From contig DUKZ01000015.1 of the NCBI GenBank assembly GCA_013329045.1, positions 159-64,158 on the forward strand: a stretch of DNA of 64,000 bases. The letters are read 5' to 3'. The notes beneath the pieces were generated by a model that worked only from the letters and a program-made list of their open reading frames with translations, was not told the origin of the DNA and ran no database searches. Of the stretch, positions 48,691 to 59,311 are shown piece by piece. The position numbers and the translations under genes are program-made. This stretch comes from Candidatus Woesearchaeota archaeon. Lineage in GTDB: Archaea; Nanobdellota; Nanobdellia; Woesearchaeales; UBA9989. Every line of letters starts with the position of its first letter. Position 1 is the stretch's first letter.

Positions 48691-48928
48691 CTCAAACCTA
48701 CCTCTTTATTTATCACAACTTACACCCCCTAGATACATTAGAAATGTCTACTATAAAAGTCTTACTATCTAAAGATTTATACGGTTATACCCTTAGTTCC
48801 ATTTGGTACGCCACTATGGAAATATCCAATCGTGAGTGCGCTCCCCTTCTGTTTTTATAATTTTAGTTCGTGTGTGCCCCAAGTAATAATTGAATTTAAC
48901 AACATTTATATATTCAAAAGAGAGACAA

Positions 48929-49150
48929 ATGACCATGACGAGCTATCACTTCGAAGTGCCCCGGTGGATATCAGTATTTTCTATCCTTTTTATCCTCTTC
49001 TTTAGCTATATCTGGATTGACATTGCCCGCAAGGCTAATAATACTCCCTTCATGCTCCTTGGCATTTTTATGCTGATTTGGACCCTTGTCACTGCCATCT
49101 ACACGCTGATCACTGGAAAGTCGCCATATAAGATGACAGAGAATAAGTAA
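48929..49150 (+). CDS. Small membrane protein (2 TM)
   Basis: Hydrophobic ORF; TTTATATA box upstream. Confidence 0.6.
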   Translation: MTMTSYHFEVPRWISVFSILFILFFSYIWIDIARKANNTPFMLLGIFMLIWTLVTAIYTLITGKSPYKMTENK

Positions 49151-49162
49151 GAAACCATGCAA

Positions 49163-50503
49163 TCATATTCTTGAAATTGTTCCAGTCATTGCATCAAGCA
49201 TGATCTTATTACCATCTTTGATTATCTCCGTTGCGCCCTTGACACCAATAATGCAAGGAATGTTTAATTCCCGGCTGACAATTGCTGCATGAGAGGTAAT
49301 GCCGCCAATTTCTGTAATAATGCCTGCAGCTTTTTTTATCCCGGCAATGAAATCAGGAGTGGTTTCTGGACAGATGATGATGCAGCCTTCCTCTACTTTT
49401 GAAAGGTCCTTTGGTGTAAGAACAATAACTGCTTTACCTGTGACATTGCCGGAACAGGCGACCCTTCCTTTCAAAGGGAAATTAGTTGGTTTTTTTTCTT
49501 GGAATTGACGGAGCAGGTTATCTAGTTCTCCTCCAGCAAATATCACCTCATTGTCCTTTGTGGTAAGCATGCCAAATGCATTTTTTCGTTGGTTATAATC
49601 AGGGAGGTGGGAAGGATTTATGAGCGCTCTATTAATCTCTGCTTCAGAAAGCCATATCATGTCTTCATACGATATGCCGATCTTTTTTGCTGCGGAGTAC
49701 AAGCAATTTTTTGCATGGTATTGAACCAAGCCTGAGAGCTCGGCCATGTGCATCCTGGCATACGTGGAAATATTGAGGAGCTGCTGCCACCATTCCAATT
49801 CTTTTGGCAAATTTATTTTTCTTTTTTCCCGGGGGACTTTTGAGGATGATGCAAAGAAATCATTAACCGTGTAAGGGGTGATGATAAAGTGATGAACACC
49901 GGTCATACTGAATTTTACTAGATGATCTTCTGTTTTTTCTGCCAAATCCGGATCCTTCTTTTTTATGATGTTCATGTCTTTGGGAAGGCGTTTTTCTTCA
50001 ATGTTTTTCAATAACCGGGCAGCTTCTTCTGCCTTTTTTGCGAAGAAGAGCTTTTTAATTGGGTGGATCTGGGCAGCAAACTCAGCGACATCAACTTTAT
50101 TTCTGCGACAAACATCTTCAATGGCCGCCTCAAGAGATTTATCAATCATAACAAAAAAATTCCAAGGATTCGTGAGGTCCTGCATTGCCTGGCATACTTT
50201 TTCAAAACCTTCCCATCGGTTTTCAAATTTCACTCTTTGAATTTTCCCACTGACTTCATCAACCCATTTCTGCAGCATAGTAAGAAGATCGTCATTTACA
50301 TGAGAAACAATAAACTCTTTGATTGCTGCAAAGTCCTTCTTCAAAAAGAAAAAATGCCCATCAAGATACAGGAGTGATCCAGCAATTCCTTTTAGGCCAA
50401 AAGGGAAATTATTATCCTGATCCCAGGCTCCCCAGAAATGGGCAGAGAGCGTTGGCTGGATCCACCTGCCATGATATTCCCAGTCATTCTTGTTGAGCTT
50501 CAT
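49163..50503 (-). CDS. PEP-utilising enzyme mobile (phospho-His) domain protein
   Basis: C-terminal LKG..AC.G...G, ETTPD, GGITSHAAIVSRE..IPCIIG. Confidence 0.9.
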   Translation of the reverse strand: MKLNKNDWEYHGRWIQPTLSAHFWGAWDQDNNFPFGLKGIAGSLLYLDGHFFFLKKDFAAIKEFIVSHVNDDLLTMLQKWVDEVSGKIQRVKFENRWEGFEKVCQAMQDLTNPWNFFVMIDKSLEAAIEDVCRRNKVDVAEFAAQIHPIKKLFFAKKAEEAARLLKNIEEKRLPKDMNIIKKKDPDLAEKTEDHLVKFSMTGVHHFIITPYTVNDFFASSSKVPREKRKINLPKELEWWQQLLNISTYARMHMAELSGLVQYHAKNCLYSAAKKIGISYEDMIWLSEAEINRALINPSHLPDYNQRKNAFGMLTTKDNEVIFAGGELDNLLRQFQEKKPTNFPLKGRVACSGNVTGKAVIVLTPKDLSKVEEGCIIICPETTPDFIAGIKKAAGIITEIGGITSHAAIVSRELNIPCIIGVKGATEIIKDGNKIMLDAMTGTISRI

Positions 50504-50587
50504 TCTTATTTCATTGAAGGAATAATTAATGTTCCAGTTACGCTGTCCATCGTTTGATAGCTGGATTCATATGTCTTTCGGAGATCT

Positions 50588-51193
50588 TCAATTGTCCTTA
50601 TTATCATTTCCTGACTCATCTTTCTCACCCTGTTTTTGTACTTTCACACCTTCACTTGTGTCTGTTACCAGGTATCCTTCGCAGTCATATGCTTCACAAG
50701 CTGCTTCTAAATTAGCTGGAGTATCCTCATACACGGCGACAATGTCAGCATCAGGGATATAGATACCTTGAGCCTTTCGCCACGTTCTAGGGTCCTTTTT
50801 TGAACCACAATGGTTAATGGCATATACATCCTCTTCGTCAATAAGCCCCGACTCTACCAATGTACGTGTCGAGCGTCTTGCGCCTTCTTCATTATCAGCA
50901 GTCATAATGACGGGGTGGATGCCACGTCTTTTATATGATCCTATGACCCTTTCAATGCCATCAATTGTTCTTGGAATGAGCCTTCCAGCATCAACCTCTT
51001 CGACTGTCCATTCCAGCTGTGTTTCATAGGGAACATCTCTGAGCATTTCCTCAACGGTGAGTCCATGGTCAGCTGCAATCATCTCCTGATAAAACCGCTT
51101 ATGATTCATGTACCCACTGGAATCTGGGACTGTACCTGTGTACCCTTGGACCGTTCCCAGTGCATCAAATACTACTATTGGACTTTGCTTCAT
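50588..51193 (-). CDS. HAD-like hydrolase
   Basis: VFDALGT, IMTAD, K.DP..W, YEDT..N. Confidence 0.75.
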   Translation of the reverse strand: MKQSPIVVFDALGTVQGYTGTVPDSSGYMNHKRFYQEMIAADHGLTVEEMLRDVPYETQLEWTVEEVDAGRLIPRTIDGIERVIGSYKRRGIHPVIMTADNEEGARRSTRTLVESGLIDEEDVYAINHCGSKKDPRTWRKAQGIYIPDADIVAVYEDTPANLEAACEAYDCEGYLVTDTSEGVKVQKQGEKDESGNDNKDN

Positions 51194-51312
51194 CGCCTAT
51201 ACCTCATGTATGTTACTATTATTTAGTAGCGTTATATATAAAAATCTTGCCATACCAGCAGTGGTGTTATTATTTAGGAATATTTTTATAGAACGGGGGG
51301 CTTACAAAAGAT

Positions 51313-52071
51313 ATGGATACCTCCAGCCTCAAGGAAGCAGGGCTTACAGATGGAGAAATAAAGGTCTATCTAGCCCTCCTGGAACTTGGATCCTCAACGA
51401 GCGGACCAATAACAGAAAAATCAGGAGTCTCCCGGTCAATCATTTATCAGCTCCTCGACCAACTCACTGAAAAGGGCCTTGTTGGATATACTATCGTGGA
51501 AAAAACAAAATATTTCCAGGCGAGCAGCCCAAACACCATTATCGATTTACTCGAGGAACGGAAAAAAAAGTTGGATGAGAACAAAACAAAGATTGCATCA
51601 CTCATTCCCCAACTATCACTCCTTCGAAACTTGGCACCATCACAGGAAGTGACCGTGTTCAAGGGCTTTCGGGGCCTACAAACGGCGCATGAGCATACGT
51701 ATGAGAAACTCAAGCAGGGGGAAGGATATTTCTACTTGGGAATTGCTCCAGCCCAGCCAGAATTTGTCCATGCGTATTGGAAACGGGATCATCTTCGCAG
51801 GATAAAAGCAGGAATCAACTGCCAACTCCTCTTCCATCCGGACACGCCAAGGAGCATCCTTGCGAATAGGAACAGCTACAAAAAATGTGATGCGCGATAC
51901 ATGCCAATTGCCTTTGATACTCCGGTTTGGTTTATGGGATACAAAGATGTTACTGTGATAGGCTTTGCTTCTGGGGGACCCATAACCATCGAAATAGTCA
52001 ACAAAGAGATTGCTGAATCATTCTATTCATTTTTCAAACAATACTGGGAAAAAAGCCGTCCTTTTTCTTGA
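51313..52071 (+). CDS. TrmB-family transcriptional regulator
   Basis: GLT.GE.KVY.ALLELG...Y..L..L..KGLV; C-terminal F...W. Confidence 0.9.
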   Translation: MDTSSLKEAGLTDGEIKVYLALLELGSSTSGPITEKSGVSRSIIYQLLDQLTEKGLVGYTIVEKTKYFQASSPNTIIDLLEERKKKLDENKTKIASLIPQLSLLRNLAPSQEVTVFKGFRGLQTAHEHTYEKLKQGEGYFYLGIAPAQPEFVHAYWKRDHLRRIKAGINCQLLFHPDTPRSILANRNSYKKCDARYMPIAFDTPVWFMGYKDVTVIGFASGGPITIEIVNKEIAESFYSFFKQYWEKSRPFS

Positions 52072-52116
52072 TCAGTGCCAAAAGGTGTGCTGCTCTCAGC
52101 GCTGACAGTATGCTTA

Positions 52117-52551
52117 CTACCACCCAAACTCGCTGTATAAAATATTTTTTTGGAAGCACTCAATTGCCTGCTTCACGTAGGGAATGATATTTTTTGGAAG
52201 AGCATTTTTTTCACACCATCGCAGCTCATCACATTTTCCTGGTTCCTTGTTTATGGGCGTTCCTTCCCAAGCACCTGCTGTGAAAAAGAAATCAATGCGC
52301 TCTACTGATGGGCATTTTCTATGCATCATGTGTACAACGTGGAGGTGTTCTGGCTTGATTGTTATTCCTGCCTCTTCTTTTGCCTCCCTGATCATCGCCT
52401 CTGTTGCCGTCTCGCCGCCGTCAAAATGGCCAGCAATGACAGAATAGTTTCCATCCTCAAAGCCGGTGTTGAACCGCCGAAGGAGGAGAATTCTTGATTT
52501 GTCCATCAAGAGCAGGTGTACTGTTGGGATGACAGTGAAACGTTGTTTCAT
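52117..52551 (-). CDS. NUDIX hydrolase
   Basis: GH...GE....A..REA.EEAG Nudix box. Confidence 0.93.
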   Translation of the reverse strand: MKQRFTVIPTVHLLLMDKSRILLLRRFNTGFEDGNYSVIAGHFDGGETATEAMIREAKEEAGITIKPEHLHVVHMMHRKCPSVERIDFFFTAGAWEGTPINKEPGKCDELRWCEKNALPKNIIPYVKQAIECFQKNILYSEFGW

Positions 52552-52659
52552 TTTTGTTATAGAGGAAGCTTCCCTATTAATGGTTTTTGGTAGACGAATG
52601 ATACTATCGATGATAGCTTCAACACAACCTATTTATACTCTCTTTTTTTCTCTTTATTC

Positions 52660-53466
52660 ATGGAAACAATAAAACTCTCCTCTGGGTATTCAATACCAAT
52701 CCTTGGCCTTGGCACTTGGCAGCTCAAAGGACAACGGTGCACCGAAATCGTCAAGAACGCAATAGAAGAGGGATATACCCACATTGATACTGCATGGATC
52801 TATGAGAATCAGGAAGAGATTGCCCCTGCCATTGCCGAGCATGAGAGGAAGAAACTGTTTATCACATCAAAACTTTGGCGAGACCAGCTCTCGTATTCAG
52901 ATGTGCTTGAGCAATGTGATGAGACACTTTCACAGCTTGGCATTGATTATCTTGACCTCTACCTCATCCACTGGCCAAACAAAGACATACCAATGGAAGA
53001 GACATTCAATGCATTAGCGAAGCTCGCCACGGATGGGAAGGTAAAGAGCATTGGTGTTTCAAACTTTACTATTACTCACCTGAAAAAGGCCCTTGGCATC
53101 TCTAAAATACCAATCACGATGAACCAGGTAGAGTATCATCCCTACCTAAACCAGGAGGACCTGCTCGCGTACTGCAACGACAACAACATTACGCTGACGG
53201 CATACAGCCCGCTTGGGCGAGGGATTGTGTTAAAGGATCGCGTGATCCTGGCCATTGCGGAGAGGAAGAAAAAGACACCGGCACAAGTTGCCCTCCGATG
53301 GCTCATCCAAAAGGGCATCATTGTCATTCCAAAAACGACGCGGGAAGAGCGATTGCCGGAAAACCTTTTGGCACTTGACATCACCCTGACAGCGGAAGAA
53401 ATGAAACAGATTGACACCCTAAACAGGAATGAACGAATCGTCCATCCAGGGTTTGCTGAATTCTAA
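52660..53466 (+). CDS. Aldo/keto reductase
   Basis: GLGTW, IDTA..Y, DLYLIHWP, IGVSNF, AYSPL, IPK. Confidence 0.96.
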   Translation: METIKLSSGYSIPILGLGTWQLKGQRCTEIVKNAIEEGYTHIDTAWIYENQEEIAPAIAEHERKKLFITSKLWRDQLSYSDVLEQCDETLSQLGIDYLDLYLIHWPNKDIPMEETFNALAKLATDGKVKSIGVSNFTITHLKKALGISKIPITMNQVEYHPYLNQEDLLAYCNDNNITLTAYSPLGRGIVLKDRVILAIAERKKKTPAQVALRWLIQKGIIVIPKTTREERLPENLLALDITLTAEEMKQIDTLNRNERIVHPGFAEF

Positions 53467-53532
53467 AGATTTATTCGTTCTGAATCGGTCTGAATCCGAA
53501 TATTTAAATATGAAGAAGATTGCAGAGAGGTC

Positions 53533-54120
53533 ATGGGAAAAAAGAGGGTGATAATGTATAAGAGCCAGGACTACCCACCAGCACTGCTCACCCTCCGCAG
53601 AAAAAGATCAGCCTTGATTGAAAAGATCTCCCGCATCGAGAAGGAAGAGGAGGAAATCCTTCAACAGCTCACAAAAAGCCAAAGAGAAGAGGAACACAAA
53701 AAACAGCAGATCCTGCAGGGCATCAAGCATTTTACCTTCAACGAATACGCCCAGATCGTCATTGGGACGTGCGTTTTTGGCATCCCTGCAATCTTTAGCC
53801 CGGACATGTGGGACATCCTCCCACGGGTCAATGTCATGTTTCTCTTCTACATTCACCTCTTCTTCCTCGCCTGCGTCTTTCTTGCCCTCAATTATGAGTT
53901 CAGGGATGACTTCAACCTGAATGCCAGCTTCCTCAAACTCCTTGCAAAGCGATTCTATTATGTGTATTTCTCAGTTGCCATGGTGGTGGTGCTTTTGCTC
54001 ACCCTCCTCGATAAACTTGCATATCATCTCACTATGCTGGAAATTACTAAAAATTTCATTTCAACACAATCAGTTGGGCTCTTTGGAGCTGTCACGTTTT
54101 CATTCCTGAAGAAAGATTGA
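53533..54120 (+). CDS. Membrane protein with N-terminal coiled coil (DUF2391-like)
   Basis: Q..IG...FG.P......W then TM segments and ..GA.T tail. Confidence 0.65.
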   Translation: MGKKRVIMYKSQDYPPALLTLRRKRSALIEKISRIEKEEEEILQQLTKSQREEEHKKQQILQGIKHFTFNEYAQIVIGTCVFGIPAIFSPDMWDILPRVNVMFLFYIHLFFLACVFLALNYEFRDDFNLNASFLKLLAKRFYYVYFSVAMVVVLLLTLLDKLAYHLTMLEITKNFISTQSVGLFGAVTFSFLKKD

Positions 54121-54122
54121 CC

Positions 54123-54587
54123 ATGAAAAACAAAAAAAAGCACCCGGACATCACATTTCTTCTTGCCTATACAAAAAAGAATATGCTCCTTGGCGGTCTT
54201 GGAACCCTCCTGGGATATCTCTTCTATACGTTCGTCCTCCACCAGCAGAGCCTCTCAAAAGATATAAAAACACTCTACTGGATCGTTTATTGCGGCGGCT
54301 TCCTTTTATTCCTCTTGACTTCAATAATCGCTTACCAATCAACTCATACCCTCACTGGCAGGGACGGGGCGGGAAGAATTGCCGGCAGAAGGGGACTTTT
54401 CACTTTTACCATCATGACAATCATCATCCTCGCCCTGCTTGTCCTGACAAAAATGATATCATGGCAAACACCATTTCTTGTATTCCTCCAGCACTTCTTT
54501 TCTCTCTTAATAGTGTCCACATTTTTTGCACTTCCGCTCGATTATGGCATTGCAGCACTCATTGAAAGAGAAAAATCCAAGCGATAA
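54123..54587 (+). CDS. Hypothetical membrane protein (4 TM)
   Basis: Hydrophobic ORF 2 bp downstream of the previous gene. Confidence 0.65.
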   Translation: MKNKKKHPDITFLLAYTKKNMLLGGLGTLLGYLFYTFVLHQQSLSKDIKTLYWIVYCGGFLLFLLTSIIAYQSTHTLTGRDGAGRIAGRRGLFTFTIMTIIILALLVLTKMISWQTPFLVFLQHFFSLLIVSTFFALPLDYGIAALIEREKSKR

Positions 54588-54612
54588 TTACAGAAATACT
54601 AATCGATCGACG

Positions 54613-56049
54613 CTACACCTTATATTTTTTCTTTGTTTGGATGGCGCCCGTGACGATGTCCCTCCTGCGCATGAGCCTCATGAGTCCTCGCACGCCAGAC
54701 TCCTTATAGATCATCTTCAAGAACTTGATTGGCTCTTTTCCTTTGAATGCTTTCAGGTATGACCCCTTGATGCCATCAGAAAACATGGTATAAATCACTT
54801 CACCTGAAAGATCGGGATAATCGATGATTGCTCTGTTTAAGCCATTAAGGTCGTCCCAAGAATCCATCTTGAGCCAGCCATTTGCCTTTGCCTCCTCATA
54901 CAGCGGCGTTCCAGGGAATGGAGCTGCCATGCTCATCTGGAACGAATCACCATATTTCTGGGCGAATTCTATGGTCTTGAGCATTGTTTCCTCAGTCTCT
55001 CCCGGAAGACCAAGGCAGAAGGTGAGGTGAGTCTTGATGCCGATCTTCTTGCAATGATTGACCGTATCCTCAACCATCTTTACCGTGATGCCTTTCCCGA
55101 GGCGCCGCAGGATCTCATCATCTGCCACTTCAACACCAAACTTCATCCCATTGCAGCCAACAGACCTCATCAGATCCAGCGTCTCTTTCTTGACTGAAAC
55201 ATGGCCCATCGCCTTCCATGGGATGCCAAGCTCCGCATTTTTTATCTCATGACACAGTTCAACTAGCCTTGGCTGGAGGACGGTGATATTATCATCATCA
55301 AAATAGAGTTCCTTCATCTTGTAGGTATCGACCAGAAACTTCATCTCTTTTGCCGTGTCCTTTGGGCTTCGATACCGTATCTTCCTATTGTGGCTCATCA
55401 GGTAAATATTACAATAATTGCAGCGATAGGGGCACCCTCTGGAAAAGAGCATGTTCGCGTTTGGGTACTCATCACAGAACGTCTCGTTGTAGAGCTTGAT
55501 ATTGAATAATTCCCTTGCCGGCCAGGGAATGGTGTCCAGCTCGACATTTTCGGGGGACTTGATTATCTTGTCTGTTGTTTTGCCTGAGACAAGGTCATTT
55601 GCGGTAAAATCATATTCCCCCACAAGGACGTGGTCGATGATGCCTTCATTCTCCTTGATCACCTCTTCTGGGAGGGCTGTTGGGTGCTGACCTGCCGCTA
55701 CCAGCTTTGTCCTTGGAGATGCCTCTTTTACTTTTTTGAACATGAGGCAATCGGAACTATATGAAGGAGAACTCATCTCGGAGACCATGAAATCGGGGGA
55801 AAATTCCCTGACCAGCAACAAGAAATCATCAACAGAGGTCTTCTCTGCCAGACAATCAATCACTTTGATCTCATGGCCATGGTCCCTAATGACTGCTGAT
55901 GCATAGCCTAGATAAAATGGAAAAGCGCGAAAGCTGACAACCGGCTCTTTGTCTGATGTATGGCTCCATCTCATCCCTTCTCTTGCCTGATACTTGCTGC
56001 CTGGCTTTGGCCAAGGCAGGCACGCCATCAAAACTCTTGCCATGCTCAT
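54613..56049 (-). CDS. B12-binding-domain radical SAM protein
   Basis: GQHPT, GEYD, SRGCPYRCNYC, FDDD, GLPGET, PFPGTPLY. Confidence 0.93.
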   Translation of the reverse strand: MSMARVLMACLPWPKPGSKYQAREGMRWSHTSDKEPVVSFRAFPFYLGYASAVIRDHGHEIKVIDCLAEKTSVDDFLLLVREFSPDFMVSEMSSPSYSSDCLMFKKVKEASPRTKLVAAGQHPTALPEEVIKENEGIIDHVLVGEYDFTANDLVSGKTTDKIIKSPENVELDTIPWPARELFNIKLYNETFCDEYPNANMLFSRGCPYRCNYCNIYLMSHNRKIRYRSPKDTAKEMKFLVDTYKMKELYFDDDNITVLQPRLVELCHEIKNAELGIPWKAMGHVSVKKETLDLMRSVGCNGMKFGVEVADDEILRRLGKGITVKMVEDTVNHCKKIGIKTHLTFCLGLPGETEETMLKTIEFAQKYGDSFQMSMAAPFPGTPLYEEAKANGWLKMDSWDDLNGLNRAIIDYPDLSGEVIYTMFSDGIKGSYLKAFKGKEPIKFLKMIYKESGVRGLMRLMRRRDIVTGAIQTKKKYKV

Positions 56050-56159
56050 ATGGTTTTGATGATCTTTTAAAAACGTTGTGTTTACCTTTTCTACAGGAAC
56101 AATAGTGCGCTTCAGCAAACCGAAAGGAATAAAAGCATCTTCCTGATGCCAAGATTCCC

Positions 56160-57536
56160 ATGAGATATGCAAGAATCCTTATCATCATCACAGCAGCACT
56201 CCTCTTTGCCAGCATTGCCGCATCGATGGAAGAAGGAAGCGGGACAGGAGATGGTCCTTCTTATACGATAGACTTTCTTTGGATAGCGCTCATCCTGATT
56301 ATTGCCAAGCTCTCGAGTCTTGTCGAAAAGTGGGGGCAGCCAGCTGTGCTCGGGGAGCTGATCGTTGGAGTCATCCTTGGGAACCTCACCATGCTTGGCA
56401 TCAATGCCCTCGCTCCTATCGGAACTGACCCTATCATCCTGTTCTTGTCAGAGCTTGGAGTGATTATCCTATTATTCCAGATAGGACTTGAATCAAATAT
56501 TGAGGAGATGAAGAAGGTTGGGGTGCCTTCCATGCTCGTTGCGATTGTCGGGGTCATTGTGCCGTTTGTTCTGGGTACGGTGATCATCGGACCATGGCTT
56601 CTTCCAGGGTTGAGCCAGAATGCGTATTTATTCCTTGGAGCAACCTTGACTGCAACCTCTGTTGGCATCACAGCCCGGGTGTTCAAGGATTTGGGCAAAC
56701 TGCATACCAAAGAGGCACGCATTGTCCTTGGAGCTGCAGTCATCGATGATGTCTTTGGCCTTGTCATCCTGGCAGTCGTTTCCGCGATTGTCACCGCAGG
56801 CAGCGTCTCAGCACTCAGTGTTGGCATCATTACCCTAAAAGCGCTCGTGTTCCTCATCGGCTCGATCATGATCGGCCAGAAGATCGCATCACCTATAGGA
56901 AAATGGCTCTCAGAAGTCCATACCGGCGTTGGGATGAAATTTGCCCTCGCTGCGAGCTTTTGTTTCATCTTTGCCTACTTTGCACAAATTATTGGCCTTG
57001 CCCCGATTGTTGGCGCATTTGCAGCCGGACTTATCATGAAACCGGTGCACTTCACATATTTCATCGAGCCGGAAGTGGTAACCGACATCAAAGAACACAT
57101 CAAAAACCACCATGACCAGCAAGCAGTCGACCGAGTCATCCAAAAGCACAGCCATAAGCATGTTGAGGATTTAATTGCGCCACTAGGGCTATTATTTGTG
57201 CCCATCTTTTTTGTTCTCACCGGCTTTACGGTTAATCTTGCTACACTCTTTGATGTGAAGATCCTCCTGATAGCGCTTGGCATCACTATTGCTGCAGTGA
57301 TTGGAAAAGTTGTTGCCGGCTATGCAGTCAAGGGAGTAGACAGGAAAATAGTTGGGTGGGGGATGGTCCCTCGAGGCGAAGTTGGCCTCATTTTTGCCAC
57401 TATCGGCAAAGGCCTGGGCGTTGTGAGCGACCAGGTGTATTCTGTTATTGTCATCGTCGTCATCCTGACAACCTTGATGACACCGCCGATCCTTTCTTTT
57501 CTGATCAAACGGATGAAAACAGAAGCGCCAGCATAA
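56160..57536 (+). CDS. Cation:proton antiporter (CPA2/Kef-type)
   Basis: LLFQIGLE, ATSVGITA, GAAVIDD, GMVPRGEVGL. Confidence 0.93.
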   Translation: MRYARILIIITAALLFASIAASMEEGSGTGDGPSYTIDFLWIALILIIAKLSSLVEKWGQPAVLGELIVGVILGNLTMLGINALAPIGTDPIILFLSELGVIILLFQIGLESNIEEMKKVGVPSMLVAIVGVIVPFVLGTVIIGPWLLPGLSQNAYLFLGATLTATSVGITARVFKDLGKLHTKEARIVLGAAVIDDVFGLVILAVVSAIVTAGSVSALSVGIITLKALVFLIGSIMIGQKIASPIGKWLSEVHTGVGMKFALAASFCFIFAYFAQIIGLAPIVGAFAAGLIMKPVHFTYFIEPEVVTDIKEHIKNHHDQQAVDRVIQKHSHKHVEDLIAPLGLLFVPIFFVLTGFTVNLATLFDVKILLIALGITIAAVIGKVVAGYAVKGVDRKIVGWGMVPRGEVGLIFATIGKGLGVVSDQVYSVIVIVVILTTLMTPPILSFLIKRMKTEAPA

Positions 57537-57584
57537 GCATTACATCGCAAAAAAAAGATCACAGAAGATTACAGAAAAAAGATT

Positions 57585-57923
57585 CTATGGGGTTTTGGGA
57601 TTTCTTGCAATGACAGCGCCCCTGCCGGTGATGACCAGGTAATTGCCTTTCAGAGCAGCAATGTCTCCCCTGCCTTCAATGCCGCGCTTGAACTTGCTCA
57701 CAGCATATTTTAGCTCAAATTCGTTCCTGAACTTCAACGGACTGTAATTGACGATCGCAATGTTGCCTTTCACCACAAAATCAAGAACCTCTGCTACCTG
57801 ATCGACTTCAGAGAGCTTATATATCTTAAAGACCGGCCGTCCATCTTTCTTTTGTCCGTAATCCTCCACCCATCCTTCGCCGGCGAGGATGGGATCATGT
57901 TTCTTCTTCCCGAATAATCCCAT
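57585..57923 (-). CDS. sepF: Cell division protein SepF (archaeal type)
   Basis: MGLF amphipathic start; GNIAIVN..PL...L......K......GDIA......VIT. Confidence 0.8.
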   Translation of the reverse strand: MGLFGKKKHDPILAGEGWVEDYGQKKDGRPVFKIYKLSEVDQVAEVLDFVVKGNIAIVNYSPLKFRNEFELKYAVSKFKRGIEGRGDIAALKGNYLVITGRGAVIARNPKTP

Positions 57924-58010
57924 AGTTCCCTCCCCTGTTCTTTGTCGTGAGATTTATATAAACTTATGTGTGGCAGAGAAGATAGCTAAGCAGGAACATG
58001 AGGGGTAAAC

Positions 58011-58192
58011 GGCATTGAACATAAATTATTTGGTTCGACAACACCATCATTGGCAGGAAAGTTCTCATGGTGAAAATAACCCTGGCAACACCACTACTGG
58101 CAGGCAGACCGGTTTTGTGCCAAAACCTTCGCTCAGAGACTGAGCGATCTGCGCCAGTGGTGTTGCCTAAACGAATTTATGTTTTTTGTGCC
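58011..58192. repeat. Structured intergenic element with nested inverted and direct repeats
   Basis: aacataaatt/aatttatgtt; ggcaacaccac..tggc/gccagtggtgttgcc; inner ggttttg/caaaacc and tcgctcag/ctgagcga. Confidence 0.7.
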
Positions 58193-58219
58193 AGTTGTGT
58201 TGCTATCTTCAGTTTTCTT

Positions 58220-59197
58220 TTAAGATTTTGAACCTTTCATCCCTTCAAAAGGGAAATAATTATGACAGTGCTCGCTTGTCACCTGCACAACCTCAAAGCC
58301 CAAGATATGGTCAGAAAAATGCTCCCGAAATTCCTTAATAGTAGAGTGAAGGATAGTTTGATCTGGAACTTCGAGTTCCAAACTCAAGTCGTACTGGCCA
58401 ATAAGAATGAGAACAAATACAATATGGTTATGCTGGCTGGCAAACTGGATCATCGCGTTTTCAACTTTTTGAGACATATTGTGAAGAGAGAAATAAACAG
58501 AATACCGCTGCAAACCCATTTTTTCATAATCAAAAAAGAAAGAGTATCCGGAAATGATGCTTTTCTCCAACTTTCGAAGATGATATCTGACGACTTCCGG
58601 TGATTCATTGATCTCCTTGGAGATGTCAACAGCTGATTTTCTTGGCGTGAGTGAAATTGCACGGAGTACTTTCCAATCTATACTGTCTATCTCATCAACC
58701 TTCGTTTGGGTATCGTACTGAAGCAGAGGTTTTGATGGCTCATCAATTAAATATCCACGAGTAAAACCCGGCACTCTCACGGTTGCAGTGATGCTCTTTT
58801 CTGCGATATACTGGCCAAATTTTGCCTCTATCTCCCTATAGTGGTCTGAGAACTCCCTCATGTTTTTTGCATAAATGGTAAAGTTGATATCCCAGCTTCC
58901 AGAGCAGGAAGCAACCCAGTGCATGTATTTTTTTGCAGTGAGGAATGAGATGAATTGCTGCTCTGATTTTGTGTCTATTCCCTTCAAACGTACAAGCACT
59001 TTATAATGATTAAAACCAAGGGAAAGAGTATTGAGAAAGGTGACCCAGGACTTGATGAAGCCATCCTGCTCTAACTTTTTTATTTTATAACCGATCGCCT
59101 GCTCCGTCAGACCAACGTTTTTTGCCAGCTCCTTGCTTGCTGCTCGGGCATTTTGGTCAAGCCAGTAGAGGAGGGCCTTATCCTTTTTTGAAAGCAT
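58220..59197 (-). CDS. Lrp/AsnC-family regulator (tandem double domain)
   Basis: Two HTH+RAM units (KD..LL..L.QNAR...; ID..VL..I....R). Confidence 0.9.
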   Translation of the reverse strand: MLSKKDKALLYWLDQNARAASKELAKNVGLTEQAIGYKIKKLEQDGFIKSWVTFLNTLSLGFNHYKVLVRLKGIDTKSEQQFISFLTAKKYMHWVASCSGSWDINFTIYAKNMREFSDHYREIEAKFGQYIAEKSITATVRVPGFTRGYLIDEPSKPLLQYDTQTKVDEIDSIDWKVLRAISLTPRKSAVDISKEINESPEVVRYHLRKLEKSIISGYSFFFDYEKMGLQRYSVYFSLHNMSQKVENAMIQFASQHNHIVFVLILIGQYDLSLELEVPDQTILHSTIKEFREHFSDHILGFEVVQVTSEHCHNYFPFEGMKGSKS

Positions 59198-59311
59198 TTT
59201 TAATTATAATATCCTTATTATTATAAAAGTTTCGTTTTTGAAAATAAATTTCTGAATAGTTTTATATAATTGTTACTACTATTACTAAGTAATAAATTTG
59301 CGTTGATACTG

